A model generated the notes under the pieces. That model was given only the letters and a program-made list of their open reading frames with translations, searched no databases and was not told where the DNA came from. The position numbers were made by a program, and so were the translations under genes. A stretch of 64,000 nt of DNA, taken from Azolla caroliniana (lineage: Eukaryota > Plantae > Polypodiophyta). The stretch covers positions 10,974,001 to 11,038,000 of the forward strand of contig JBHGNT010000015.1 in assembly GCA_043228905.1 (NCBI GenBank), written 5' to 3'. Of the stretch, positions 26,069 to 39,775 are shown one piece after another (the stretch's first letter is position 1; every line of letters starts with the position of its first letter).

Positions 26069-29000
26069 ATGGATTAACCAAAGGAACCACAAAGGGGGAA
26101 CGCACGCAGTAGTGCTCTCCAACATGGCGCGAGTGAGGGTGTCTGTGATTCAGTGTAAGCGACAAAAAGAGTTGGGCCAATTGTTCTTCGTTGACTTGCA
26201 TCGTGACATCGGAAGGGTAACAAAAACACACCAGGTCAGTGATGTCTAAGTCTGGTATGATGGCAGTATGGAGGTATGCCATGCCTTCGAGAAACAAGAC
26301 AGGGAGGTGTTCGGGGAAGAGATCATTTGCCAGTGGTGGGGTCTGATCGGTGACCTTTGAGAGAGTGCTAGGGCGTGGTTGTCTTCTGGGAGTACTCGGA
26401 CGAATGTTGTCCGATTAGGGGGGTGGTCTCATCTAAGACCACGCGATGTGTAGCGGCTAACAATTGAAGCACGCACATGGCATGGGTGAGAAGGTTGCGC
26501 GGTGTACATGGTGCAGTGAAGAGTTCGGAGAGTTGGGATGTCGAGGTCACATACACCGAGAGCGTGTGAGTCATATTCAAAGTAACGTGCAGGGTAGTTG
26601 TGGTGTTCGAAACGGTAGAGGCACTAGTCGTGCCTGGGATGATGGCATGCTTGATGACAACTTTGGTCGTACAGAGTTGGGTGATGTCCTTCTCGAGCTC
26701 GGTGCACGTGCGATGGTGTTTGATGAGGAGGCATCAATTCCGCTCGTTTGTGACCTCCACTTGTTGAACCATAACATCATGTTCAGCTTTGAGCGTTATA
26801 ATCTCGTTCGTGAGAACGTGATTCGTTGTCGTGGCATTGGCCAGGGTCTCAAACCGTGGAAAGAGGTCAACAGTCACGACCGTGAGTTGTGTTTCCGTCT
26901 ATTGGTGTTGCGTGGTGGGGCGTACGTACTCGGCAGAGAGTTCAGCGTGGGCTTGCGGTGCTTGTTCTTGGTTATGGCACCACATTGTCTAGGTTTGATG
27001 GAACTCTTCGGCCAGTTCGTGGCGTCGGGTTTGTTTAGTGAGCATCTCCTTCTTGAGGAGGTTGTAGGTGGCGGCTTGGCATGCATTGGTATGGTGGGCA
27101 TTCCTTACTACGGCGGCCAAGACCTTGTTCCTTGTGTAGGCCTCCAGTTGTTCGTTCGCGGTCTGTTGGGCTTGTGCGTGGAGTTGGAGTAGGCGTCGAT
27201 TCACAACTAAAGTCATCTTGAGAATGTCTGTCACCATGTCAGCTAAGGGTTTGGGGGTGGCGGAGGGTATCGGGATAGTGTGGGCGGTTGTGATAGTGGG
27301 TGGGTGGGGTCTAGGAACAGGGGCTAGTAGGGGTTCGGTTGGGGCGCTAGTCAGGGTGGTATCAAGAGTTAGTTGGGAGGGAACAACCACGAGTGCAGAT
27401 GGTGGTGGTTAGGGTTCTCAGGAGGGGGATGGGCGGTTTCGACCTCTGGGGCGTCGATTGGGGTGGGTTGTGGTGAGCGATTTTATGGGGTCGAGGTTGT
27501 GGGGTGTCATCAGTACGCATGGGAGGTGGTGGTTGGGTGGTTTTGCAAGGAGAGGTTGTCGGGGTTTCACCGAGAAGAGAGATTGTCGACGCTGGAAGGG
27601 GTAGATCCACCAGGTCCTAAGGGTTGTAAAGGATCGTTTCTGTGGTGCAACTTTGAGTATGAGGGGTCATGGCCGTGGTCTGATGGGACACATAGTAGAA
27701 CGTTGTAGACAATTCCTAGATCTCCGTGGGGGTGAATTCACGTGTTTGGAATTCTTTTGTGCGTTAGGTGATATCCCCGGGTATATTGAGGGTATCCTCG
27801 GCCGCCACATGGGTGATTTGTGGTTGTTTGTGTGGTGGTGGGCGTTCACGTTCACCTTGGTGTATTGTCTTACGAAGTCACATTCCTAAATACAGAGGCG
27901 CTTGGTCTGACCTGGTATGGTTATCCTGCGGCATCGTTCCTGGCAGCGTATGTAAGAAGGGGCTAGAGAGCCGATATTGAACTTTGTGCACAGCTAACGA
28001 GTGAGGAACCACATGAAACTACTTATTTGGGTTGTGTTTTCCATTCCTTGACCCTTCGAATGAGCTCATGGGTCCACTGGGCCGGTTGAGGATCGTGTGC
28101 CCACTTGATGAACTCACTGGTGATGCAGGAGATGGCTTCAGTGGAGGCGGTGTCATTGATCTAAGAGATGGCGCTACAACGATCGTGGAGGTGAGGGGGA
28201 ATTTCGGTGAAACGCAAACCTTCACGTCCAAAATACTCGGTGTAGATGGTGGGGATGATGTTGGGGACAACGCGAGGGGACTTTGTGGTGCGGAAGGGAG
28301 TGTCATCCACTAGCAAGTGGAGTGTGGTGCAAATGTCCACGACGTTGAACTGGAACTCAACAAGGGTAGCATCTGCGAAGGCTCACATGTGAACATGACC
28401 GGTAATGGGGTTGTATCCTACTAGGAACCAATTGACCAGCTCATGGAGTACACCCCACGGGACAATCCTAAGGAAGAACTTGAGGCCGAGTCGTGAAAGG
28501 GTGTCAAAAAATCAGGCTTGAGGTACTTGAGTTGTGTGGCTGCAGTGGGTACCCGATAGGTACATAGGGTGTTGTTGAACTCGTCTTGAATTACCAAGGA
28601 GACATAGCCAGCGTCGGGGTAGTATGCGTGGAGGAGCTTGGTGAATGGGTGGACACCATCTATTATAACATGGCAGGACAAAGATTAGTATAGTCGTATG
28701 TGGGTGTACCAAACTCTTACACTCTCACTCTCTCGCTTACACACTTACAGAGGCTACCACACTCTCTAAATATCTTACAATGATAATGCACATTCGTAAA
28801 GTTTTCCCTACTTGTATATATATACTTATACAACTTTCTAGCTATTTAAAGATATGGCCCACAGGGGGCACATTCAGACTATTTACAATTATAGCCTCCC
28901 GAGTTGGTCACGAGATCAATTCTCGATTTCAGTTTCGGTTTCGATATTTCCTTCCCATCCGGGGGGACATGTTTTTGTTTTTATTTTTATTTTTATTGTG

Positions 29001-30413
29001 TGTTCATTATTTATTTTATTTATTTATTTATTTGAATTATTTATTATTATTAGTTATTATTATTATATTTTAAAGTAGTATTATTTGTTTTGAGGGTTAG
29101 TTATATTTATATTTATATTTTAAATTTACTTACGTGTTATTGTCTATAATGTGTTTGGTCAACGAGGGAGGGCTAATAACGAAGAGTGAGGGAACCGGGG
29201 ACGGTTCGAAGGCCGCTTCTCTTCGAACCGTGGGAGGGCATTCGGAGAGTGTCGCTCTTCGAACCGTGAACCGTGGCTGGGCGGTTCAAGGAGTGCTTCT
29301 CTTCAAACCGTGGGTGAGCGGTTCGAAGAGTACCGTGGGACCGGAGGGTGGTTCAGTAGGCGGGTCATCTCTTCGAACCGCAGGTGGGCGGTTAGAAGAG
29401 CACCGGGGCCAGTTCGAAGAGTGCAGCACCGGGGGATTCGAAGAGTGCAGCTCTTCGAACCGTGAAGGGAACCAGTTCGAAAAGTGTTTCTCTTCGAACT
29501 GGGGGGTGGTTCGAATAGAGGACCGTAGGGGGATGCAACAAAGCCACGAGTGAAGGTGGCGCACAGGAGGTGGTACGGCAAAAAGCGACCTCCATCGACA
29601 AGAGGACCGCAAAAACGACGCGTAAGTCGTCGTGGCCACCACATGGGGTGGAGAGTCTTGTGGACAACATGTGGGCATTGGTGGGAGCCGAGTGAGAGCG
29701 TGAAAGAAACAGATTTTGGACCTACCCAAGGGGATGTGCGACTGACCGAGGAGGAGGCGGTGGTGAGAAGCAACACTCGGAAGGCGTGGAGGAGAGTAGT
29801 AGAGGGGTAGGAACGAGGGTAGAGTGCACAACAAGAGGGGCTAGGGAGCAACACAGAAGGAGGAGAAAGTGCGGTGAGGGAGAAGAAAGAGTGTTGAGGG
29901 GGAAAGACGAGTGGGGGTAGGAGGGTAAAAGTGAGGAAGGTAAAAAAAAGAGTGGGGAGGGGAAAAAAGAGGGGGAGGGGAAAAGTAGTCTAATCGTAGG
30001 ACGGAAAAAGGGGGAAGGAATTAAAAAATTAGCACTAAAAATAACCATTAAACATATCCTTTAAAAGAAATAAAAATTAAATAGAAAATGAGTAAAAATA
30101 ACCGATCTAGGTACCACTAAAAATAAAAGATAAAAATTATAAATAAAATAGATGATAAATGCTAATAAATGTACAAAAATAATAGGACAGGAAACAATGC
30201 ATTGAATTTTATTTTCTAGTAAAGAAATAAATAAATAATATTTAGAATACTCCATAATAATAATAATAAATAAATAAAATGACTAATCAAAAAATATAAA
30301 ATAAAATAAATAACAATAATAAATATACAAAATGATGATAAATATACCAAAATAATAAGAATAATGAAACAAAAATAACAACAAAACAAATAGCAATATA
30401 AATAAATAAATAA
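26069..30413 (-). mobile_element. Probable 3' accessory region (degenerate extra ORFs plus low-complexity UTR) of the Athila-like element at 42149-51391; continues at about 18330-19043
   Basis: Contiguous with 42149 once the Sola-like element and one TSD copy are removed; broken Pro/Thr-rich and coiled-coil ORFs on the minus strand; no known domain recognised. Confidence 0.55.
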
Positions 30414-30438
30414 GGGTGAAAGCATGCGAGTGGAAACA
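30414..30438 (+). repeat. Left TIR
   Basis: GGGTGAAAGCATGCGAGTGGAAACA. Confidence 0.95.
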
Positions 30439-30767
30439 ATTAGCTATGTCCTTGACATAGCTAATTAGCTATGCAAAAAAGCTACCATTGATAAATAGTC
30501 ATTTTAGTAAAAAGCCATCATTAATAAATTAAGTATGCAAAAAACTACCATTGAAAATACTAGAGTGTTTTAATTACATATGTAAATGAGTGCCATAAAT
30601 GTGCAACATAAATTGATGTGTGCACCATAAATGTGTACCATAAATTATATATTGAATTCCTAGGTCCATTATGCATGATCCTTTGCCACATCACGTAGGC
30701 CATCTCTAGTTGAGTACTATGGGTTAGTTGCTACCACTGTTGCTAAACCCTATCGAGTCCACTTGCC

Positions 30768-31540
30768 GCCACTCTACACTGAGGGGCCGCTACTGTGCGT
30801 TCCAAGCATCATCAAAGAGCTGCTCAATCTGACGGGGTTCTCTTCTCTGTGACACTCTACACTCAGGGGCCACTACTGTGCATTCCAAGCATCATCAAAG
30901 AGCTGTTCAATCTGACGGGGTTCTCTTCTCTGTGCCACTCTACACTCAGGGGCCATTACTGTGCGTTCCAAGCATCATCAAAGAGCTGTTCAATCTGAGG
31001 GGGTTCTCTTCTTTGTGCCACTCTACACTCAGGGGCCATTACTGTGCGTTCCAAGCATCATCAAAGAGCTGTTCAATCTGACGGGGTTCTCTTCTCTTTG
31101 CCACTCTACACTCAGGGGTTGCTACTGTGCGTTCCAAGCATAATCAAAGAGCTATTCAATCTGACGGGGTTCTCTTCTCTTTTCCACTCTCACTCAGGGG
31201 CCGCTACTGTGCGTTTCAAGCATCATTGGTAACTGTTCAATCTGACGGGGTTCTCTTCTCTTTTCCACTCTCACTCAGGGGCCGCTACTGTGCGTTTCAA
31301 GCATCATTGGTAACTGTTCAATCTGACGGGGTTCTCTTCTCTATGCCACTCTATTCTCAAGTGCCTTCTATGTGCGTTTCAAGCATCATCGGTAACTGTT
31401 CAATCTGACGGGGTTCTCTCCTCCATTGCCATCATTCTATACTCAGTTGCCACTACTGTCCAGTCCCGGATTGCTTCCACATTTCGATTTGACGGAGTTC
31501 ACTCATCCAACGGCAAGATTCTACACTCAGTTGTTGCCAT
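30768..31540 (+). repeat. 83-bp tandem array (about 9 units) upstream of the transposase
   Basis: Equivalent positions at 30795, 30878, 30961, 31044 and 31127; later units are ~81 bp and progressively diverged. Confidence 0.95.
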
Positions 31541-31754
31541 TGGTCGGTCTTGGATCGCCTCCTCAACTGTTGGATCCAACAGAGTGAAATCCTCTACTGT
31601 TCGGTCTTGGATTGCAATAACTTTTCTGTCTATTGATTATCTTGTGTATTGTTGTGTCTAATCTTGTGTATTGTGTGGAATATTTTTGTGTATTGTTGTT
31701 GCCCATAGCCATCTTTAATACTTGTTTTTTTTTCTGGAAATTTAGGGTTTTAAC

Positions 31755-34700
31755 ATGTCTAGCCAAATGGAAGGGGAAGAAGGGTGTTTAGAATTACCCC
31801 TCAATGATCATAAGGATAGGGATGATGTTATCAGGACACAACAAGCCATACGAAACTATTGGGCAGAAAAAAAAAGGAAACATCGTCAATTGTTGAAGGA
31901 TACGAAAGCCACACTCAGTAAAGGTAAGGATAGTTTAGCTGAGAATGTAAGTAATGCGACTACCATCATAGAGAGAAAGGTTGTAGACTATTTCAATGTT
32001 CAAACCAAGCACATCAGCAATGAAGAAAAGAAGGTAGTACTTTATGGAATATGTAATGATCCATCGATAAAGGACTTAGTTGATTGTGATGGTCTTAATG
32101 CAAACATATCATCTATTTTAGTAAATAATCTTCGTAATAGTTTCGTATCCATGAGCAGGTCAGAAGATGATCTTGTCTTAAAAAGGTCTAGTCTAATGAT
32201 GTTACTTAATAGTGATGTTGACGATATAAACATCAGTGAGCTATCTAAGGTAATTGGTGTTAGTAGAAAAACAGTGTACAATACAATGAACCGTATAATT
32301 TTCTCGGGTGAAGGAACTAGTCTACTAAAGCTAACTACAAGATGTAAGCCAATGACACCCATAACATTTGAAATCAAGGATGTAATCACAATGTTTTGGA
32401 CTAATGAGAGTAGGGTTTCACCCAATAAAAAGGATTTATGCAGGAAACGTGTTGGAAGAAATCAATACGAGGAGCATCCCATTCATCTTCTTGATGTACC
32501 TCAAGTATTTACATTTATCTCAACATTTGTTTTGACTCTACTCGGAAAGTTAATTAGCTCAGTTAGCAGAAAAGCTAATTAGCTTATCAGTTACATTTAC
32601 CTCAGTTAGCTACTAGGATCGCTACTACATAGGTAACTAGCTACTCTCAATAGTTACTACCATGATAGCTAATTAGCTATTCTCAATAGCTAATTTAGGT
32701 ACTACCAGATAATTAGCTGTACTGCTAGCTAGTTAGCTATTTCGTTATTACCAGCTAATTAGCTACTAGGAAAGCTAATTAGCTACCATGATAGCTAATT
32801 AGCTACTATGATAGCTACTACATAGGTAACTGGCTACTCTCAATAGCTACTACCATGATAGCTAATTAGTTAGGATAGCTAATTAGCTACTAGACCAGCT
32901 AATTAGCTACCATGATAGCTAATTAGTTACTAGGAAAGCTAATCAGCCACCATTATAGCTAATTAGCTACCATGATAGCTAATTAGCTACTAGACCAGCT
33001 AATTAGCTACCATGATAGCTAATTAGTTACTAGGAAAGCTAATCAGCCACCATTATAGCTAATTAGCTACTAGACCAGCTAATTAGCTACCATGATAGCT
33101 AATTAGCTACTAGACCAGCTAATTAGCTACCATGATAGCTAATTAGTTACTAGGAAAGCTAATCAGCCACCATTATAGCTAATTAGCTACTAGACCAGCT
33201 AATTAGCTACCATGATAGCTAATTAGCTACTAGACCAGCTAATTAGCTACCATGATAGCTAATTAGTTACTAGGAAAGCTAATCAGCCACCATTATAGCT
33301 AATTAGCTACTAGACCAGCTAATTAGCTACCATGATAGCTAATTAGCTACTAGACCAGCTAATTAGCTACCATGATAGCTAATTAGTTACTAGGAAAGCT
33401 AATTAGCCACCATGATAGCTAATTAGCTACTAGACAAGCTAATTAGCTACCATGATAGCTAATTAGTTACTAGGAAAGCTAATTAGCCACCATGATAGCT
33501 AATTAGCTACTAGAGCAGCTAATTAGCTACCATGATAGCTAATTAGCTACTAGGACAACTAATTAGCTACTAGGACAGCTAATTAGCTACCATGATAGCT
33601 AATTAGCTACTACGACAACTAATTAGCTACCATGATAGCTAATTAGCTACTAGAATAGCTAATTAGCTACCATGATAGAGTAGAATAGCTAATTAGCCAC
33701 CATGATAGCTAATTAGCTACTAGACAAGCTAATTAGCTACCATGATAGCTAATTAGTTACTAGGAAAGCTAATTAGCCACCATGATAGCTAATTAGCTAC
33801 TAGGACAACTAATTAGCTACTAGGACAGCTAATTAGCTACCATGATAGCTAATTAGCTACTACGACAGCTAATTAGCTACCATGATAGCTAATTAGCTAC
33901 TAGAATAGCTAATTAGCTACTAGAATAGCTAATTAGCTACCATGATAGCTAATTAGCTACTACGACAGCTAATTAACTACCATGATAGCTAATTAGCTAC
34001 TAGGACAACTAATTAGCTACTAGGACAGCTAATTAGCTACCATGATAGCTAATTAGCTACTAGAATAGCTAACTAGCTACTAGAATAGCGAACTAGCTAC
34101 TAGAATAGCTAATTAGCTACTAGGATAGTTAGCTAGTTACGAGAATAACTAATTCCCCTTTATTACGCAGGTCGATTTATTTATTAGGTTCAAACGAATG
34201 CATCCAACTATCAAAGTTCAACTACGAACATTCGAGTCTCTTAAGCCACGCTTTGTGAGACGCTTAAAGGATCGATACACATGTTGTTGCATTTACCATG
34301 TACAGATGGGTTTTCTGAAGGACTCTGTTAATCTACTACGTCACCATAGCGCATCCCTAACTAATACAGTTTGCACATGTGGGTGCCCAATCTGTCGATC
34401 AAGCCCGCAAGAGGAGTGTAAATCATCTGAGCACGTTATCTCTTCCATGAGTTATTTATTAGATTCAATATTGTGTCCGAGAGAAACTGACGCTATCTTC
34501 CATATTCATAAATGTGTCATGGGTTTATGTCAAGATTGTGGCCCTACTAGATTTAGGTGGTGTCCAAATGAATTGAGTAGTGAAATATTGATCTCTGTGA
34601 AGTTATTTGAGTCAGTGAACACCAATTTCGAAGGAAAGGTGTGTAAAAGAAAGGATCTAGTTCGGAAGATGCTTAAACCAAGGGATTTGGTGTCTCTATT

Positions 34701-36012
34701 TGTAGTATCTCTAGGAAAGTTCATTAAACACAACTTCATTTATTCATGGCAGGCCCATCAGTTTAAGACTTGCATATCTGATTTCCCAAATGATGTAGTA
34801 GTCTCAGTAGTAGATTTCGCAGAGAATTATACTTTCAAGCAGCAGAATGAAATTCAATCTATGCATTGGTGTTCAGTTCAGGTAACCATTTTTGTGCACA
34901 TAACATATTTTCGAGTTTCAGGTGATGTTAAAAAAGTAATTCATTTCTTTATTTCCGATGATAAGAAGCATGATACCTTGTTCGTCCAACACTGTTTTAA
35001 GTTACATTGGCAGTGGTTATTAGCTCAACGTTTGGAGCTTACTCAACATTGGGTCTGGTTTGACGGAGCTGCGTCACAATTCAAGGCTCGACGTCCATTT
35101 TATTTTGTGGGGAGGTATCCTGCTATAACAGGTTTGGAGATGAGATGGAATTTTTTTGGGTCTGGCCATGGTAAAGGTGAACATGATGGTGCAGGGGCTG
35201 TTATAAAGCGGGCACTTACCCATGAACAACTAAAGACAGATGGTGTGCACATGAATTGTGCATCACATGTAGTTGAATTTTTAAGAACAAATATGTCGAC
35301 GAGTGCCACAGGTGTTTATTCCTCGCAAGTTCGAGATATCAAACATGAATTTTGGGAAGTGAAGATAGATGAAGTAAATAGGGAGAAGACCTGGGAGTGC
35401 CAAGGAATTCCCGAATTGCGATCTCTGCATGCTGTTCGCGGTTATTCCAGGTTGGATGGTCATTGTATTGCGGTTAGAGAATTGACTTGTTTTTGCTTCC
35501 ATTGTGTGCAGGGAAATTGGAGATATTGTCTAAACAAAGCATACATTCAGAATTGGGAGTATCACACTCTGAATGATAAGGAAGCAGTTGATGGAGAAAC
35601 AGGGCAGAATGCTGACTTCACATATGAGGGACTTCGAGATACTTTGAGTGATGTCCTGAACGTTGGGGATAACTTCGATGTAAATGCTGAAGAAGGCAAT
35701 TCAGAGGGTGTTGATTTCTATATATTAAAGTGCACGGTTAGTAAACAGTGTGCAAGGCAGAATATTGTAGATGCATGGGGAAATTTTGTATCTGCCGGGA
35801 CATTCTACATCGAAGGCATTTTTTATGCAAAACTAGATGACTACGAATATGTGTACAGGCTGTTAGAAGACAAACCAGCGGCGTATATGTACTCTCATTT
35901 GGTCAAATGCATCAACGTCCCAATGTCAGAATACAATAGCTGCTCCGGTTTATACACTGTTGGTGCTAATGTGTATGAATGTATTTACAATAGTATGCCA
36001 TGGAATTTGTAG
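31755..36012 (+). CDS. Sola2-like DDD/E transposase, two exons (31755-32504 and 34171-36012), about 863 aa, open
   Basis: Phase-0 GT(32505)..AG(34170) intron gives HLLDVPQ|VDLFIRFKRMHP; motifs CCCIYH, VVDFAENY, QNEIQSMHW, FISDDKKHD, WFDGAASQFK, WNFFGSGHGKGEHDGAG and C-terminal CFCFHC. Confidence 0.85.
32550..34140. repeat. Intronic array 1 of the palindrome TAGCTAATTAGCTA, 20-bp period with a 120-bp higher-order repeat
   Basis: Register is conserved line to line from 32881 to 33660; lines 33061, 33181 and 33301 are identical; lies wholly inside intron 32505-34170. Confidence 0.97.
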
Positions 36013-38144
36013 CTACAAGTAGCACTTACCATGTTCTCTTGTAAAACAAACATGTATTTCGCGAAAACAGATCAATAAATTCGTTTGGAATCAATTTCTT
36101 GTATACAGTCTACTTTCTGTGCTTCTTTCTCAATAAAATCATGTCTTTTTTGTTAAGTTTTAAGTTATAAGTTATAGCGAAATAGTCATCAGTAGCTAGT
36201 TAGCTGTACAAATGCAGCTAATTAGCTGTCAATAGCTAAATAGTCATCAATAGAATGAAATCAACAATCTGCAACATATTCCTCAAATTACACAGTAGAT
36301 AAGTACAGTGGGAACAAGTAATTAAATTCTTCATTGAATAATGTCATCTCTTTACATATTTATAAATTACCATTGGAAATGTCTACAAATCTCCTATAAA
36401 CAGCTAAGCTCTTGCTAGTCAGTGGAACGAGTCTACATATATTATCCGCATATTGAGCTCGGTATGGAGTCCACAACCATGCACCTAGTTGGCTGCTCAC
36501 TGTTTGCACCAGGTACTGTTCAGGCATTTCCTCGGGTAGAATGAGACAGCATCTCCGAATATTGAAGTAGTGTCGGAAATGTTCTGTATCCAAAATCAAT
36601 GTATTGTCGGCATTATATTCAGGCCAAGTAGCCCAAAAATCAGAAAGTCTCTTGAATCTTGCAGCTTCCATTTGCTCACAATTTTCTCGTGCCCATTGAC
36701 CTTTAAAACGACTTCGCCATTTTGGGAAGAATCTTGCCAAACACTTCCACACATCTGATTTTGGTTTTTCACTCCAAATAAACAAATCAAAGTATTCCAC
36801 AGCCCACTCTAGAAACTGATTTGCGTCCCTCCTTGGCTGCATATATCTCACACTCATCAAGACTTTATCACGCTCCAAGATCAAGGCTCTTCTTTCGACT
36901 TCTAGTGGTTTAGGTTTCCATTCCTGAAACTGAGCCGCTGTTACACCATTTTCTGGTAGGATACGATCAATCTCAATCAGCTCAGGTTCGGCTGACACAA
37001 CTGGTGTCCTTTTCCTCTTTAAACCCCTAGTCGACTGTGTTGGGCCTAGCTTCACATTCTGGTGCTCTTGTTTTGTCGACTTAGTTATCAATCCTTGGAT
37101 TACCTCAGTGCATGTAGCTACTGTTCTGCTCGATATCAGTCCACTGGTATCACATGCTGCATCTACCTGCAACACCAAGTCATCCGTGCTACATGCTTGA
37201 TCAACTTGTGTGACCAGATCACTTGTGTCAGTTGCTACATCTACTTTCAAGATGGGGCCCTTTAAACATGCCGCAACATCAACAGTATCCACACTGCCAT
37301 TGGCCTTACGAGCAATAGAATCAAACCCTTTAGACTCTGCAACATCAGAAAACACCAACATATTCACACTCACAAAGTAACTAATAGTCTCACAAAACAA
37401 TATCCTGAACATCAAAGAGTTTTAGTCATAAAACAACACTCTTCAAATTATCTTGGAAAAACATCATAGAGTTCCATTACATAATGTGGATCAAGCAACA
37501 ACCAATTTGAGGTTTTACTTGTCCAACAAGATAGTAAAACTTCATAAAACCCTAGCAAAATCCCTAAGCTAACAATCATATCCAACTAAATAGTATTTCG
37601 CTCCACTACGTCTGGGCCCCTTGACCGAGTAACTGGTCTTGTTCCCGATCGTGGCCCCTTCTTCAGCCTTTTTCTGGTTGGTTCCCCATTTAGCCTTGCT
37701 TCTAGGACCCAATGCGCAAGTGTGTCCTCCTCCGACAACCTTCCCATCGCCTCAGCAGCTAATTGCACATCAGCCGTTTCTTGAACTAGCTTTTCAAGTA
37801 CAGAGGGATCTGTTTGGACATTTTCAGTAGTTGGGCTCGGTGGGGTGGAATCAAGGTCTTGAGACTCGAAGAAATGTTGCATCAAGTGTTCATAAACACT
37901 GTTGTTGTGAACCTCAGTTTTACATGTTGTTTCCACTATTTCATGGCATTTCACATCGTTGCCTAATTCAGTACACTATTCCAAAAGAATAGGGTGCAGC
38001 TGATCTGAAGGAGATGTGATAGCAGGACTCTTACTTTCAGCCACATTGGCAGTAGTATCCTCATCTGTTGCAGCATCATCAGCACCAGACACATCATGTG
38101 CCGTCCTTAATCCACAAGATTCTACAATAACATGACAGTTATTT

Positions 38145-39775
38145 AGGATAGTTAATTAGCTACTTTACTAAACTATGGTAGAAGCTAGGATAGCTAATTA
38201 GCTAGTACGATAGCTAATTAGCTAGTATGATAGCTAATTAGGTACTTTACTCAACTATGGTAGTAGTTAGGATAGCTAATTAGGTACTTTACTCAACTAT
38301 GGTAGTAGTTAGGATAGCTTATTAGCTACTAGGACAGCTAATTAGCTGCCAGTAGCTAATTAGCTACTAGGATAGCTAATTAGCTGCCAGTAGCTAATTA
38401 GCTACTAGGATAGCTTATTAGCTACTTTACACAACTATGGCAGTAGCTACTAGGATAGCTAATTCGCTAGTAGGATAGCTAATTAGTTGCCAGCAGCTAA
38501 TTAGCTGCCAATAGCTAATTAGCTAGTAGGATAGCTAATTAGGTACTTTACTCAACTATAGTAGTAGCTAATTAGCTGCCAGTAGCTAATTAGCTAGTAG
38601 GATAGCTAATTAGGTACTTTACTCAACTATAGTAGTAGCTAATTAGCTAGTAGGATAGCTAATTAGCTACTAGGATAGCTAATTAGCTGCTAGTAGCTAA
38701 TTAGCTACTAGGATAGCTTATTAGCTACTTTACACAACTATGGCAGTAGCTAATTAGTTACTAGGATAGCTAATTAGTTGCCAGTGGCTAATTAGCTAGT
38801 AGGATACCTAATTAGCTTTTTTACACAACTATAGTACTAGCTAATTAGCTAGTACCATAGCTAATTACCTACTAGGATAGCTAATTAGCTAGTAGGATAG
38901 CTTATTAGCTACTTTACACAACTATAGTAGTAGCTAGGATAGCTAATTAGCTACTATGGTAGCTAATTAGCTACTTTACTCAACTATGGTAGTAGCTAGG
39001 ATAGCTAATTAGCTACTTTACTAACTATGGTAGTAGCTAGGATAGCTAATTAGCTACTTTACTAACTATGGTGGTAGCTAGGATAGCTAATTAGCTACAA
39101 TGAAAGCTAATTAGCTACTTTCTCAACTATGTAGTAGCTAGGATAGCTTATTAGCTACTAGGACAGCTAATTAGCTGCCAGTAGCTAATTAGCTACTAGG
39201 ATAGCTAATTAGCTGCCAGTAGCTAATTAGCTACTAGGATAGCTTATTAGCTACTTTACACAACTATGTCAGTAGCTAATTAGCTACTATGATAGCTAAT
39301 TAGCTAGTAGGATAGCTAATTAGCTAGTAGGATAGCTAATTAGTTGCCAGTAGCTAATTAGCTACTAGGATAGCTAATTCGCTAGTAGGATAGCTAATTA
39401 GTTGCCAGTAGCTAATTAGCTAGTAGGATAGCTAATTAGTTGCCAGTAGCTAATTAGCTAGTAGGATAGCTAATTAGCTTTTTTACACAACTATGGTACT
39501 AGCTAATTAGCTAGTACCATAGCTAACTAGCTACTAGGATAGCTTATTAGCTACTTTACACAACTATGGCAGTAGTTAATTAGTTACTAGGATAGCTAAT
39601 TAGTTGCCAGTGGCTAATTAGCTAGTAGGATAGCTATTTAGCTTTTCTACACAACTATGGTACTAGCTAATTAGCTAGTACCATAGCTAATTAGCTACTA
39701 GGATAGCTAATTAGCTAGTAGCTAATTAGCTAGTAGGATAGCTAATTAGAAAAGACTAAGCTTATTAGCTACAGT
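38145..39775. repeat. Intronic array 2 of the palindrome TAGCTAATTAGCTA, mixed 17-, 20- and ~37-bp units
   Basis: Same core as array 1; bounded by a minus-strand GT donor at 39784 and an AG acceptor at 38122. Confidence 0.95.

Noticed and set aside
28780-30425. Hydrophobic ORFs such as 28780-29073, 30061-30255 and 30216-30425 as membrane proteins
   Set aside because: They are translations of AT-rich low-complexity tracts.
30768-31540. 83-bp array as a CRISPR array, or its MRSKHHQ ORFs as genes
   Set aside because: Whole units repeat with no unique spacers, there are no cas genes and the context is eukaryotic; the ORFs are by-products of the repeat.
31755-32582. 275-aa ORF as a separate gene
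   Set aside because: Its last 25 codons are intronic; splicing at 32505/34170 joins it in frame to the 604-aa ORF.
32550-39775. Palindrome-plus-linker arrays as CRISPR-like repeat-spacer arrays
   Set aside because: Linkers are short and recurrent rather than unique acquired sequence.
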